From Limisphaerales bacterium (GTDB lineage: Bacteria; Verrucomicrobiota; Verrucomicrobiia; Limisphaerales; JAJOIW01): a stretch of DNA of 64,000 nt. The stretch covers positions 256,001 to 320,000 of the forward strand of contig CBFHOE010000002.1 in NCBI GenBank assembly GCA_965657355.1, read 5' to 3'. Made by a program: the position numbers and the translations under genes. This document shows, piece after piece, positions 1 through 8,424 of the stretch (its first letter is position 1; the number at the start of each line of letters is the position of its first letter). Below the pieces are notes generated by a model that was not told the DNA's origin, did no database searches, and saw only the letters and a program-made list of their open reading frames with translations.

Positions 1-338
1 TGTACCTGCACCTCATTGAACCAGCCTTTTGGAAAAAGGGGTCTTATTGGGCGATCAGTGAGACGACAGGTCAATATTTCCTTCTCGGTAGGTCGCCCTT
101 CTCTTTTGAGATATCCGCCGGGAAAGCGCCCAGCAGCGGCAGCTTTTTCTCTGTAGTCAACTGTGAGTGGGAAAAAGCCTGCGTCTTCTCGAGCTGTTTT
201 AGCACCGACTACGGCAGTAAGAACGACTGTCTCACCTAATTGGATTAATGCGGCTCCGTCGGCCTGCTTTGCATATTTCCCAGTTTTGAAGGTAATTTTA
301 GAACCTCCAACTTCAAACGTCTTTATGTATTCCTGCAT
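1..338 (-). CDS. pnp: Polyribonucleotide nucleotidyltransferase (PNPase), 5' part; runs off the window edge
   Basis: Manual translation from ATG at 338 gives [29 protein letters not shown]...[49 protein letters not shown], the RNase PH domain signature; lies downstream of rpsO. Not in the ORF track. Confidence 0.97.
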   Translation of the reverse strand, partial: MQEYIKTFEVGGSKITFKTGKYAKQADGAALIQLGETVVLTAVVGAKTAREDAGFFPLTVDYREKAAAAGRFPGGYLKREGRPTEKEILTCRLTDRPIRPLFPKGWFNEVQV

Positions 339-364
339 GATTCTTCTATGGGTGAAAAACTAAA

Positions 365-482
365 AAGACCGATGACTTGGAGGAGATGTTTTGAGGAACT
401 TCAATGGAAACACTCAAGGAAGTTCGTCCTAAATGTATCCATTGAAATTACCCGTCACATCACTTCATTAGCCAAGGGTCTT
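365..482 (-). promoter_or_regulatory. Long irregular stem-loop in the pnp 5' leader (candidate RNase III processing/autoregulation site)
   Basis: Nested complementary blocks: 365-370/477-482, 376-380/472-476, 385-389/457-461, 400-408/438-446, 417-420/427-430. Confidence 0.6.
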
Positions 483-483
483 A

Positions 484-517
484 AAATAAAACCTTCCAGA
501 AGGATATATCTGGAAGG
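484..517 (-). terminator. Intrinsic terminator after rpsO
   Basis: 9-bp inverted repeat CCTTCCAGA (492-500)/TCTGGAAGG (509-517), followed on the minus strand by TTTTATTTT. Confidence 0.75.
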
Positions 518-527
518 ATGAAAATGG

Positions 528-785
528 TTATCGGCGAAGTTTTAATTTCTTGGTGATGCCCTGATACCTCTCTAAATCAGTGTGATGTAGGTAATCGAGC
601 AACCTGCGTCGACGACCAACGAGCATTAACAACCCGCGTCTTGTACTAAAATCTTTAGGGTGTGCTTTTAAATGATCAGTGAGGTGATTGATTCTGCTGG
701 ATAGCTTAGCAATCTGAACATCGGCGGATCCAGTGTCACCGTCGTGCAATTTAAAATCATCCAAGTTTATGGACTTTATGCTCAT
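528..785 (-). CDS. rpsO: 30S ribosomal protein S15
   Basis: [13 protein letters not shown]...[29 protein letters not shown]; rpsO-pnp synteny. Confidence 0.98.
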   Translation of the reverse strand: MSIKSINLDDFKLHDGDTGSADVQIAKLSSRINHLTDHLKAHPKDFSTRRGLLMLVGRRRRLLDYLHHTDLERYQGITKKLKLRR

Positions 786-831
786 GTGTTAAATTCTCGT
801 GTAATTTGATGTAAATCTGTTGTAAAACTCG

Positions 832-866
832 TGGATCCAAACGTTGATTTCCTTACCGCCGATCCA
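832..866 (-). promoter_or_regulatory. Hairpin in the rpsO leader, candidate S15 autoregulatory element
   Basis: mRNA sense UGGAUC-GGCG-(13 nt)-CGUU-UG-GAUCCA; includes G.U/G-C pairs; ends 46 nt upstream of the ATG. Confidence 0.4.
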
Positions 867-954
867 AATGGAAGGGGAATATCCCAGTCTTATGGAATAA
901 AATCAAGCAGATTGTTAACAAAATTAATGAATTTTGATGTTTTTATGAAATCTA

Positions 955-1407
955 ATGTATTGGAACATGGTTGAAATGTCAGAGTATGAATCAAAGTCCC
1001 CAGATGACACCCGGCTTATTGGCAGAGAGATAAGCCGCCAATTTAGCAGAGGGGACACTGTTTTGCTGGATGGAGGGCTCGGGGCAGGAAAAACTGAGTT
1101 TGTTAAGGGTGTCGTTGATAATTTAGCCCCTGACAACCTTGTTCAATCACCAACATTTTCATTGTTAAATATTTATAGCTCAGAAGAGATAAATCTTTAC
1201 CATATTGATTTATATCGCCTTGAGGATCCTGAAGAAATTTCCAGGGCAGGATTGGAAGAATATCTGGAACCTGATGGCATTACATTGATCGAATGGGCAT
1301 CGAGATGGCCTTTGGCAAAACAGGTCGGGCGATTCCAAATTAAAATAGAAACAATTTGCAGTGAAAAAAGATCCATTGTGATGGAAAGGTTGAACTCCGC
1401 TAAATGA
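955..1407 (+). CDS. tsaE: tRNA threonylcarbamoyladenosine biosynthesis ATPase TsaE (true start may be ATG 967 or 976)
   Basis: GGLGAGKT Walker A, VQSPTF, HIDLYRL, LIEWA. Confidence 0.96.
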   Translation: MYWNMVEMSEYESKSPDDTRLIGREISRQFSRGDTVLLDGGLGAGKTEFVKGVVDNLAPDNLVQSPTFSLLNIYSSEEINLYHIDLYRLEDPEEISRAGLEEYLEPDGITLIEWASRWPLAKQVGRFQIKIETICSEKRSIVMERLNSAK

Positions 1408-2090
1408 GCATTTTATCAATACAATGGGGAACGGCCCGTAGATCCATCGCTCTACAGAGGGAGAATGGGGCAAATCCAATTTGTTTTTCCTTTGCAATAA
1501 AGGAGGATGTGCGACTTGCACACAAGATCCATGAGCTGCTTCTTGAGGCGGATGAAATACCCACCTCAATTAATCGAATCATCGTGAATCGTGGCCCGGG
1601 AAGTTACACTGGGATAAGGATTGCTTTGGCCACTATTCAAGGAATTTGCGCAGCGTCAGATTCCAATGACCTCACAGTAACCACAGTAGATACCCATGAT
1701 GCTATTTTGATTAAGCTCAATAAGGCTTCCGATATAACTAATATGAATGGAAGTTGTATCGCTTCCTATGCACAAAGGGGAGAAGTCGTTGTCAACATGG
1801 TGACAGGAGGCAGCCAGAATGGTCCCATAAAACTAGATTCTGATAGGGAGCTTATGCCTACCGATGCTCTTTGTGAGAGAATATCCAAGACTAACGGAAT
1901 CATTTTCGGTTGCGATTTAGAAAAATGGATTCCAAAAAATTTACTGAGAAATTTAACCCTCGACGCGACAGATCTAATCAATTGTGAAGGGAACAATTAC
2001 TCAAAAGAAAACTTTCACACCGTGGAGCCGTATTATGTTCGGCCGCAGGAATTTGTTAAAGCCCCTGCGGCTCGTTTCAGGGCTTGTTGA
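1404..2090 (+). CDS. tsaB: t6A biosynthesis protein TsaB
   Basis: VNRGPGSYTGIRIA motif and C-terminal EPYYVR; 4-nt ATGA overlap with tsaE. Confidence 0.9.
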   Translation: MSILSIQWGTARRSIALQRENGANPICFSFAIKEDVRLAHKIHELLLEADEIPTSINRIIVNRGPGSYTGIRIALATIQGICAASDSNDLTVTTVDTHDAILIKLNKASDITNMNGSCIASYAQRGEVVVNMVTGGSQNGPIKLDSDRELMPTDALCERISKTNGIIFGCDLEKWIPKNLLRNLTLDATDLINCEGNNYSKENFHTVEPYYVRPQEFVKAPAARFRAC

Positions 2091-2096
2091 AAAATG

Positions 2097-2450
2097 TTAA
2101 AAACGTGAGTAACGATTTTTGAGTATCCCGAGAACAACCAAACAGCTGATGGTAAAAACAATGGCTCCAAAAAAAATAAAGGGTGTGGCTTTTTTAGGGT
2201 CTGCTCTCTCTGCCTCTGGATCGCGGGCACCCCTAACCTGATCAACCAAATTAGAAAAGCTGAATATATCATTTGTTGAAACAGAATTATCTTTTGAGCG
2301 AATTGGGTCAAAATTTGATGCGGCGTTTGTTTCAGGAAGGTTTTGAGAAACGTCCGACGTGAAAACCCTATTAGTTTCAGCAAAGGTTGAGGGCAAAGCT
2401 GTGAAACAGAAAAAGAGTATCAAAGGCAGGAAAATTGAGTAGCTCTTCAT
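2097..2450 (-). CDS. Hypothetical exported protein with C-terminal membrane anchor
   Basis: N-terminal signal-like peptide ending STFA, polar middle, C-terminal hydrophobic helix followed by KNRYSRF. Confidence 0.65.
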   Translation of the reverse strand: MKSYSIFLPLILFFCFTALPSTFAETNRVFTSDVSQNLPETNAASNFDPIRSKDNSVSTNDIFSFSNLVDQVRGARDPEAERADPKKATPFIFFGAIVFTISCLVVLGILKNRYSRF

Positions 2451-2484
2451 TTTCTCGGAGGCTCAGCGGCCAAATCGTAAAGGG

Positions 2485-2515
2485 AAACAAAAAAGAGGAT
2501 ATGAACCATATCCCC
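2485..2515 (-). terminator. Intrinsic terminator downstream of the 26-aa ORF
   Basis: mRNA sense GGGGAUAUG-GUU-CAUAUCCUC followed by UUUUUUGUUU. Confidence 0.7.
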
Positions 2516-2542
2516 GGCGAAGATGAAAGAAAATGCTGAAGC

Positions 2543-2623
2543 CTATTTAGCTGATTGCTTTTTTCTCTTGAGATATTTAAGTCTCCGACGGCGTTTTTCG
2601 ATCTTGTTGTATTGTTTTCCCAT
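2543..2623 (-). CDS. Unannotated 26-aa Lys/Arg-rich small protein MGKQYNKIEKRRRRLKYLKRKKQSAK
   Basis: ATG 2623 to TAG 2543; 13 of 26 residues K/R; flanked by a sigma70-like promoter and a terminator. Confidence 0.7.
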   Translation of the reverse strand: MGKQYNKIEKRRRRLKYLKRKKQSAK

Positions 2624-2660
2624 AGAACGGTAAGCTATCCTTATGTTGTCGATGAATCAA
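2607..2660. promoter_or_regulatory. Bidirectional sigma70-like promoter with overlapping -10 elements
   Basis: Minus: TTGATT (2660-2655)-17 nt-TAGCTT (2637-2632), ATG 8 nt downstream. Plus: TTGTAT (2607-2612)-18 nt-TAAGCT (2631-2636), ATG 6 nt downstream. Confidence 0.6.
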
Positions 2661-3269
2661 TATATAAAAAATACTTTTTGGTTTCTTTCGTGCTTTATTC
2701 TTTGTGGAATTTTGTTGGGATGCAAGACGACTACCTCTGAAAAGCCAAAAGATCCGTCCAAGGTAAATCCAGAGAAATATCTTGGTAAGATGAGAATTTT
2801 CCTCGAGGTCCACGAGGACGGAATACGCAGTCAAAACGTAAAAGTTCTTAGAAGGCGTCCCATAGAAGTTTCTATTGACCAGAGCCCCATACTCACGGAG
2901 TCCTTGATGCAGGAAATTCGACTGGTCAACAACCAGTATGGTTTCCACTTGGAAGTGCAATTTGACCAAAGAGGAACTTGGCTCCTTGAATCCTATACAG
3001 CAACGAATGGCGGCAAACGTCTGGCAATATTTGTTGACTACCCTGAGCAACAGTGGATTGCAGCTCCCATCATTAGAACAAGATTGGCTGAAGGAAAACT
3101 TGTCATCATCCCTGACGCCAGTGTCGAAGAGGCTAATAGAATCGCCATGACTGTGATGAATTCTATTAGAAAGATAAAGAAAATCAAAAAGCCCAAAAAG
3201 GACAAACCAAGCAACGGGTCAACAACATCAAGAACCACAAAGCTTAAAAATCCTCATTCCAAAAAGTAA
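2643..3269 (+). CDS. Lipoprotein containing a stand-alone SecDF P1-head-like subdomain
   Basis: Lipobox ILLGC; QFDQRG..YTATNGGKRLAIFVD..IAAPII..GKLVI..EEANRIA resembles the SecD P1 head; Lys-rich tail. Confidence 0.7.
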   Translation: MLSMNQYIKNTFWFLSCFILCGILLGCKTTTSEKPKDPSKVNPEKYLGKMRIFLEVHEDGIRSQNVKVLRRRPIEVSIDQSPILTESLMQEIRLVNNQYGFHLEVQFDQRGTWLLESYTATNGGKRLAIFVDYPEQQWIAAPIIRTRLAEGKLVIIPDASVEEANRIAMTVMNSIRKIKKIKKPKKDKPSNGSTTSRTTKLKNPHSKK

Positions 3270-3296
3270 ATATCGACATCAACTAAGAAAGCCGTC

Positions 3297-5015
3297 CTAC
3301 CGCCCACGACTTGATGAAGAAACCTGGCCTTCAATCTGATTAAGTGATTTGAAGGAAATTTTATGGTTTAATGGTAATGAGGCAATGATCCTTAAATACT
3401 TGTGCATCCAATTACGAGATAATCGGATGGCACAGACGGACCATACAGCCGCAAATATAGCCCATAAAAGAGGCATAAATTGCATTAAATCATTCCCGGG
3501 ATTGAGTCTAAAAATTGAAATCACAATCGCGCAAGATGTCACTGCCGCCCAAAAAAGCCATGTAGGCAGACAAACAATCCAAATAAAAGTTTTTATGAAT
3601 CCTTGACTATAATTTGTATTTGTTAGCCCGAGCCAGGCTCCGGCGTGCAGAATAGCCTCAAAGTCGAGAAACCAGAATACGATGATTCCAAAGAAAATAA
3701 TCCATAGGCTGGAGCCTTGAAGTTCATGATTCCCCAGAACAATGAGTAGATTGACAGCTTGCCAGATAGCGCATATTGAAATCGTTCCCTTTAGATCATG
3801 TAATCCGGCATGACGCATATCTGAAAAAATGTTTCCAAGCTTTACGGGAGTGGACATCAAAAATTCCAATGTACCTTCTTTTCTCTCTCTGTTGAACATG
3901 GAAACAACCACAGAGCTCCATTGGTATTTAAAAATCATCCCGCACAAGACCATTCCGAAAACCCCTGCCTCTGATTCGTCAAAGCCGCCAGTCGTGGCGA
4001 GAAAAGTCATATAAAGAGCGAATATAAGAGTAGTAAAAATTGTCGAGCCTATCTCAAATTTTTTATGGCTAAAAATATATCTCAGCGGGTGAATGTGAGT
4101 TAAAGGCACACCACCCCGAGTGCCCTTAATTTTGAGCTTTTTCTGGGGATTTGCATGCGATACTTTCTGGCCAGTCTCATTTTTTCTGACACGAGATTTT
4201 TTTATTAACGATCTATCGGCAACCGGGTTAGAGCCATAAATAGACCTCCATCGAGATGACAAATGCCGAACGGAAATTAACAAAAGGATTAGAGCTAAAG
4301 ATATTGTCGTTATTTGGCCGCCCCAAAAGAAGGATTGATTAAATACCCGCCCCCCGGGAAATATTCCACCAGCCCCCAGAGCACCCGCCTGAACGAATGC
4401 ATTCATCGCCCAGGCCCAGTTGGAATTACCCGAAGACGCCCACGAGACCAAAATGGGGACACCAAACTGGACTCCGAGGATCATGAGTAGCGAAGCGGCC
4501 TGAGTTGTGCGGGGTTTCTCAAAAAGCACAGAACAGAAAACACCAATAACCAAAGATAAAACAAGTTGGTTAATGGCAATGAGAAATAACAATAATATCA
4601 TCCGATCGCTGACTCCCCCGTATAAAAGGGACAGACTCATGACCGGAATCATTGAAATAATACTAAGAAAAGCTACAAAGGTCCCAGCTGAAATTTTTCC
4701 AAGAATGATATGAATGGTCTTTAAATCTGTAAGAAAAAGCAGTCCTAGTGTCCCCTCTCTTTTCTCGCTAGAAATGGTGTCGGTTGTTAATGCCAAACAG
4801 GAGAACACAGAAAAAACGAGCATAAAGAAAGTTTGAAACCCAATCATTACTGCACCTAAATTGCTTTTAGGGCTGCGATCATATTGATCGATAAGAGCAA
4901 CAAAAAGAGTTAGTGCGATACCTACAAAACCAATAGCAAACCTTGTGACTACCGTTTGCTTAGATCTCGCCAATGACCGCAACTCGCGCTCGATTATGGG
5001 CCAAAGCTTTTTCAT
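3297..5015 (-). CDS. ABC-2 type transporter permease with two fused membrane modules
   Basis: IIERELR start; repeated motif ISSEKREGTLGLLFLT and FNRERKEGTLEFLMST; many TM helices; next to an ABC ATPase. Confidence 0.85.
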   Translation of the reverse strand: MKKLWPIIERELRSLARSKQTVVTRFAIGFVGIALTLFVALIDQYDRSPKSNLGAVMIGFQTFFMLVFSVFSCLALTTDTISSEKREGTLGLLFLTDLKTIHIILGKISAGTFVAFLSIISMIPVMSLSLLYGGVSDRMILLLFLIAINQLVLSLVIGVFCSVLFEKPRTTQAASLLMILGVQFGVPILVSWASSGNSNWAWAMNAFVQAGALGAGGIFPGGRVFNQSFFWGGQITTISLALILLLISVRHLSSRWRSIYGSNPVADRSLIKKSRVRKNETGQKVSHANPQKKLKIKGTRGGVPLTHIHPLRYIFSHKKFEIGSTIFTTLIFALYMTFLATTGGFDESEAGVFGMVLCGMIFKYQWSSVVVSMFNRERKEGTLEFLMSTPVKLGNIFSDMRHAGLHDLKGTISICAIWQAVNLLIVLGNHELQGSSLWIIFFGIIVFWFLDFEAILHAGAWLGLTNTNYSQGFIKTFIWIVCLPTWLFWAAVTSCAIVISIFRLNPGNDLMQFMPLLWAIFAAVWSVCAIRLSRNWMHKYLRIIASLPLNHKISFKSLNQIEGQVSSSSRGR

Positions 5016-5072
5016 AGTTTTCTTGTTCCAAAAATAACTTTTAGTCTATCCATTTCACTGTGAGCTTGCAGC

Positions 5073-6029
5073 TCATTGCGTTTCCCCGCTGGTGTAGGAC
5101 ATAAATACATCCTCAAGGCTTAATTCCTCTTGATGAAAATCAGTAACGGGCACGCCACTTTGGATAAGAGATTTAAGAATGAGAGCAGGATCGGAATCAT
5201 CATTCAAAAGAGAGAATTGAACCCGCTGCTTTTCAATAATTGGATTACTTATCAAGGTCAACTCCTGAAAGAGAGAAAGATATTGTTTGGGATCATTGCC
5301 GCATTTAACCTTTATGATACGTTTGGTGGCAACCCCCTCACCTACCCCTTCGATGGCTCCTGAATATTTGAGAACGCCTTTCTCAATGATAGCAACCCGA
5401 TTACAAAGAGCTTGGAGTTCGCTCAGAATATGAGAGGAAATAATGATCGTCTTACCCATCCTTTGCAGTTCCTGGAGTATTTCCATCATCTCAACTCGGG
5501 CTCTCGGATCCAAGCCACTCGCGGGTTCATCGAGAAGTAGTAGCTCCGGGTCATGTATAAGGACACGAGCTAACCCAAGTCTTTGTTGCATCCCGCGACT
5601 CAATGCTCCAATAAGCTCATTTTTTTTGTCAGATAACCCGACAAGCTCAAGGACATCTTTTACGGTCTGCTCCCTTTCGCTAGATTTGATTTGGTAGCAG
5701 GCTCCGAAAAAATCAAGATATTCACAAACCACCATGTCCCTATAAACACCAAAGAAGTCGGGCATGTAGCCTATGGAATGACGGACGGCGTCCGGCTGTT
5801 TGAGGACGTCATACCCCAAGACCTTTGCATTTCCTGATGAGGGAATCAAAAATGTTGATAAGATTCTCAGTGTCGTTGTCTTACCGGCCCCGTTCGAGCC
5901 AATGAACCCAAAGAGATCACCTCTATTAACAATCAGGTCCAGATCATGAAGGGCAATAAGTGAACCATAGGTTCGAGTAAGCCCTGATGTCTCTACAGCT
6001 TTGGCAGCTGGGTCAATAGAATAGCTCAT
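5073..6029 (-). CDS. ABC transporter ATP-binding protein (DrrA/GldA-like)
   Basis: GSNGAGKT, LSRGMQQR, LLLLDEP, SSH. Confidence 0.95.
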   Translation of the reverse strand: MSYSIDPAAKAVETSGLTRTYGSLIALHDLDLIVNRGDLFGFIGSNGAGKTTTLRILSTFLIPSSGNAKVLGYDVLKQPDAVRHSIGYMPDFFGVYRDMVVCEYLDFFGACYQIKSSEREQTVKDVLELVGLSDKKNELIGALSRGMQQRLGLARVLIHDPELLLLDEPASGLDPRARVEMMEILQELQRMGKTIIISSHILSELQALCNRVAIIEKGVLKYSGAIEGVGEGVATKRIIKVKCGNDPKQYLSLFQELTLISNPIIEKQRVQFSLLNDDSDPALILKSLIQSGVPVTDFHQEELSLEDVFMSYTSGETQ

Positions 6030-6050
6030 ATCTTTAATATCAGTATTAAA

Positions 6051-8288
6051 TTAGTTTGGCTGTGTCGGATCATTGATAACCCATCTATAGATGCCCTTCT
6101 CTTTCCGTATGGAGGGACCAACCCCCAATTTAATTGAAGTATTTTGATAATCATCAACAACTCCAACTAAAATTAACCTCTTTTTTGAATCTCCCAGAGG
6201 TAAGAGAAACGAGTCTGAATAATAGTTCGGTGCCTGAATGGAATTTCGACGAGCAGATGAGGCAATATTGGAAGTCTTAATGAATTCCCCCAAGCTGAAA
6301 GTAGAAACAGCAAGAAACCGATCGTTGGAAATCCCCCATTTCTCTGGGTCAACGACATCATCATTAGTCGTATAAGGGTTGATTGACCGATTCTTCCTAT
6401 AATCATTAATCAACGTCCGCCATAAATTCATGATCTTGTTGTAATGGTTAGTGAATCGACTATTTTTCAAACCAACAGGAATCTGAATGACGTCGGATAG
6501 TCCCCTTTCAACAGAAGCGAGATAACCATCTTTTATGAGATAAAATCGATTTACGGGAAAATCAGGTGGTACGGTCACGACAATTTGTGCCTCATTTGGA
6601 TTTGAATCATCCCATTTAACATCGACACCACTTGCAGGACTTTGGATTACCTCATAATCAAATCTAAACTTTTCACTGACCCAGACTGGCACGGAAAGCT
6701 CAGTTGAAACATTTCCGGAGGATGGGTTCAACTGGGTCAAGGGTTGTTGAGATGCGCCCTCCAGGGCAGTCACGGCGCCAGAGCGTGCATTTACAACAAC
6801 TGGATACTCTCTGTTTGACGGCGAATAAATCCCAGCATATGTCCGGCAAGTCACTTTACCCCCCGAATCTGGAGAGGGCATCTTAAATAAGTGAACGGCA
6901 CTCCATTCAGTCCGACCGGAGCGCACTGTATATCCCAAGAAATAAATCAATAATGAAAAAACGATGACGGCCGAGGGAAATGTTATCCATGTAAGCATAG
7001 GCCTATTTATCTTTCTGAGAAAAATCCAATCAGCTGGACCGATTATAATTAAATAAACAATTAGCATGGCCATCAGAAGGAAGACTGGGATTTTTTTTAT
7101 CTGCGAGGAATTTACAATCTGGTTAAATTGGTAATCCAAAAGTGAGTCCATATCCATATTCCAATCTCTCCCTTGGTTGAGCGCCGATTTCACTTTTTTT
7201 GCCCTAAAATCCAGAGCGTAATTTGCGACCAACTGTGTATTGAATTCAACGACCCAAACCCAGGGAAGGCCATCCCAATTAGTGATTTCAGAATTCTTCA
7301 AGTCAAAAGGAAAAACAGAAACAGAACCCAGCCCTTTGTTCAACCTGTGGACGATTGGAATCTGATTAGCCTCATCCAAAAAAGATCTATGGGGTGTTGA
7401 AAATTCCAGCCCGATGACCGGGACGGAAGCATCAACCTCTCCTAGATTCGGTAAATAAGAATTAATAGTTTGGTTTTTACCAAGTTCATTTTTATAAAAT
7501 TGACAAAACCTTTTTAAATCGAGGGTAGAGGGTCGCTTGCCAGGTTGAACTCCCAACCAATTCTTAACCATATTGACCTGTGTCAATTCTCCCGCTTGGG
7601 AAACAGAGAGCGCAAGATTACCTCCGTTTTCAACCCAGGTAATCAAAGCAGATATCTGAGCTTCAGTGAAACCCGTCAAAACATCCGCATTAATAAAAAC
7701 CCCAAAGACTCCAGATATAAGAGAGACCTGGTCGGGAAATTCCTCCGGACGGAGCGAGACCATACTTCCATAATGGTTTGAAAACTTGAAATTATTAATA
7801 TTCAATTTTGCCGGGTCGGGGGCCAGTTGGTCTGGAATTTTCAGCCCTCGAATAGGGCTGTCTGTCACAGAAAGGAATAATCCGGCGGGCCTTTGGTGGA
7901 CTCTTAATGAATAATTCTCTCTAATCTCCGTTTTTTCCCCTCCGCTGTATTTGAGCTCAGCTACCAATGAATTCAGTGCGTTATTTAATGGCACGATCAA
8001 AGGAAAAGCGATTCTCTTGCGAGTGCCAGCGGCAACCTCAACGGGAACTTTCATCATCGGGCGGCTATTCTTAGTTCTCCTGATAAAGATGTCTCCATTG
8101 ATAGGAGCATCATCACTGTAGATCTCAAAAGCCAATGGGACAGCCGATCCCTTTACAATGTTTTCCCTAAATCCCGGAAAAAAGTCGAATTGGATTTCGC
8201 CTTGTAATTTTCCCAAAGTGAGAAAAACCAGAAACACCATCAACAATCGATTTGGCAGCCTAGGATACAATGATTGTTTTTTTAACAT
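6051..8288 (-). CDS. Large membrane-anchored accessory protein of the ABC-2 system
   Basis: N-terminal hydrophobic segment, GATase-like ALITWVENGGNL, central two-helix YLIIIGP..WITFP segment; co-oriented with ATPase and permease. Confidence 0.7.
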   Translation of the reverse strand: MLKKQSLYPRLPNRLLMVFLVFLTLGKLQGEIQFDFFPGFRENIVKGSAVPLAFEIYSDDAPINGDIFIRRTKNSRPMMKVPVEVAAGTRKRIAFPLIVPLNNALNSLVAELKYSGGEKTEIRENYSLRVHQRPAGLFLSVTDSPIRGLKIPDQLAPDPAKLNINNFKFSNHYGSMVSLRPEEFPDQVSLISGVFGVFINADVLTGFTEAQISALITWVENGGNLALSVSQAGELTQVNMVKNWLGVQPGKRPSTLDLKRFCQFYKNELGKNQTINSYLPNLGEVDASVPVIGLEFSTPHRSFLDEANQIPIVHRLNKGLGSVSVFPFDLKNSEITNWDGLPWVWVVEFNTQLVANYALDFRAKKVKSALNQGRDWNMDMDSLLDYQFNQIVNSSQIKKIPVFLLMAMLIVYLIIIGPADWIFLRKINRPMLTWITFPSAVIVFSLLIYFLGYTVRSGRTEWSAVHLFKMPSPDSGGKVTCRTYAGIYSPSNREYPVVVNARSGAVTALEGASQQPLTQLNPSSGNVSTELSVPVWVSEKFRFDYEVIQSPASGVDVKWDDSNPNEAQIVVTVPPDFPVNRFYLIKDGYLASVERGLSDVIQIPVGLKNSRFTNHYNKIMNLWRTLINDYRKNRSINPYTTNDDVVDPEKWGISNDRFLAVSTFSLGEFIKTSNIASSARRNSIQAPNYYSDSFLLPLGDSKKRLILVGVVDDYQNTSIKLGVGPSIRKEKGIYRWVINDPTQPN

Positions 8289-8424
8289 GGAAATTCGTCA
8301 CAAAACAGTTTTCTGATGTCTTAGCAATATTCAATTCTTTTGTAATCAATAAAATCATTAAATCATCAAATCATCATTTGAAATTCTAAGGTTTTCTTGT
8401 TTAATGCTTAGGCGATAAATCGAA

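Noticed and set aside
163..363. 66-aa plus-strand ORF
   Set aside because: Antisense shadow of pnp
912..921. TTGTTAACAA palindrome between rpsO and tsaE
   Set aside because: Short and AT-rich; likely by chance without comparative support
2577..3050. 157-aa minus-strand ORF and 2555-2740 plus-strand ORF
   Set aside because: Overlap the better-supported lipoprotein and 26-aa ORF; no recognisable motifs
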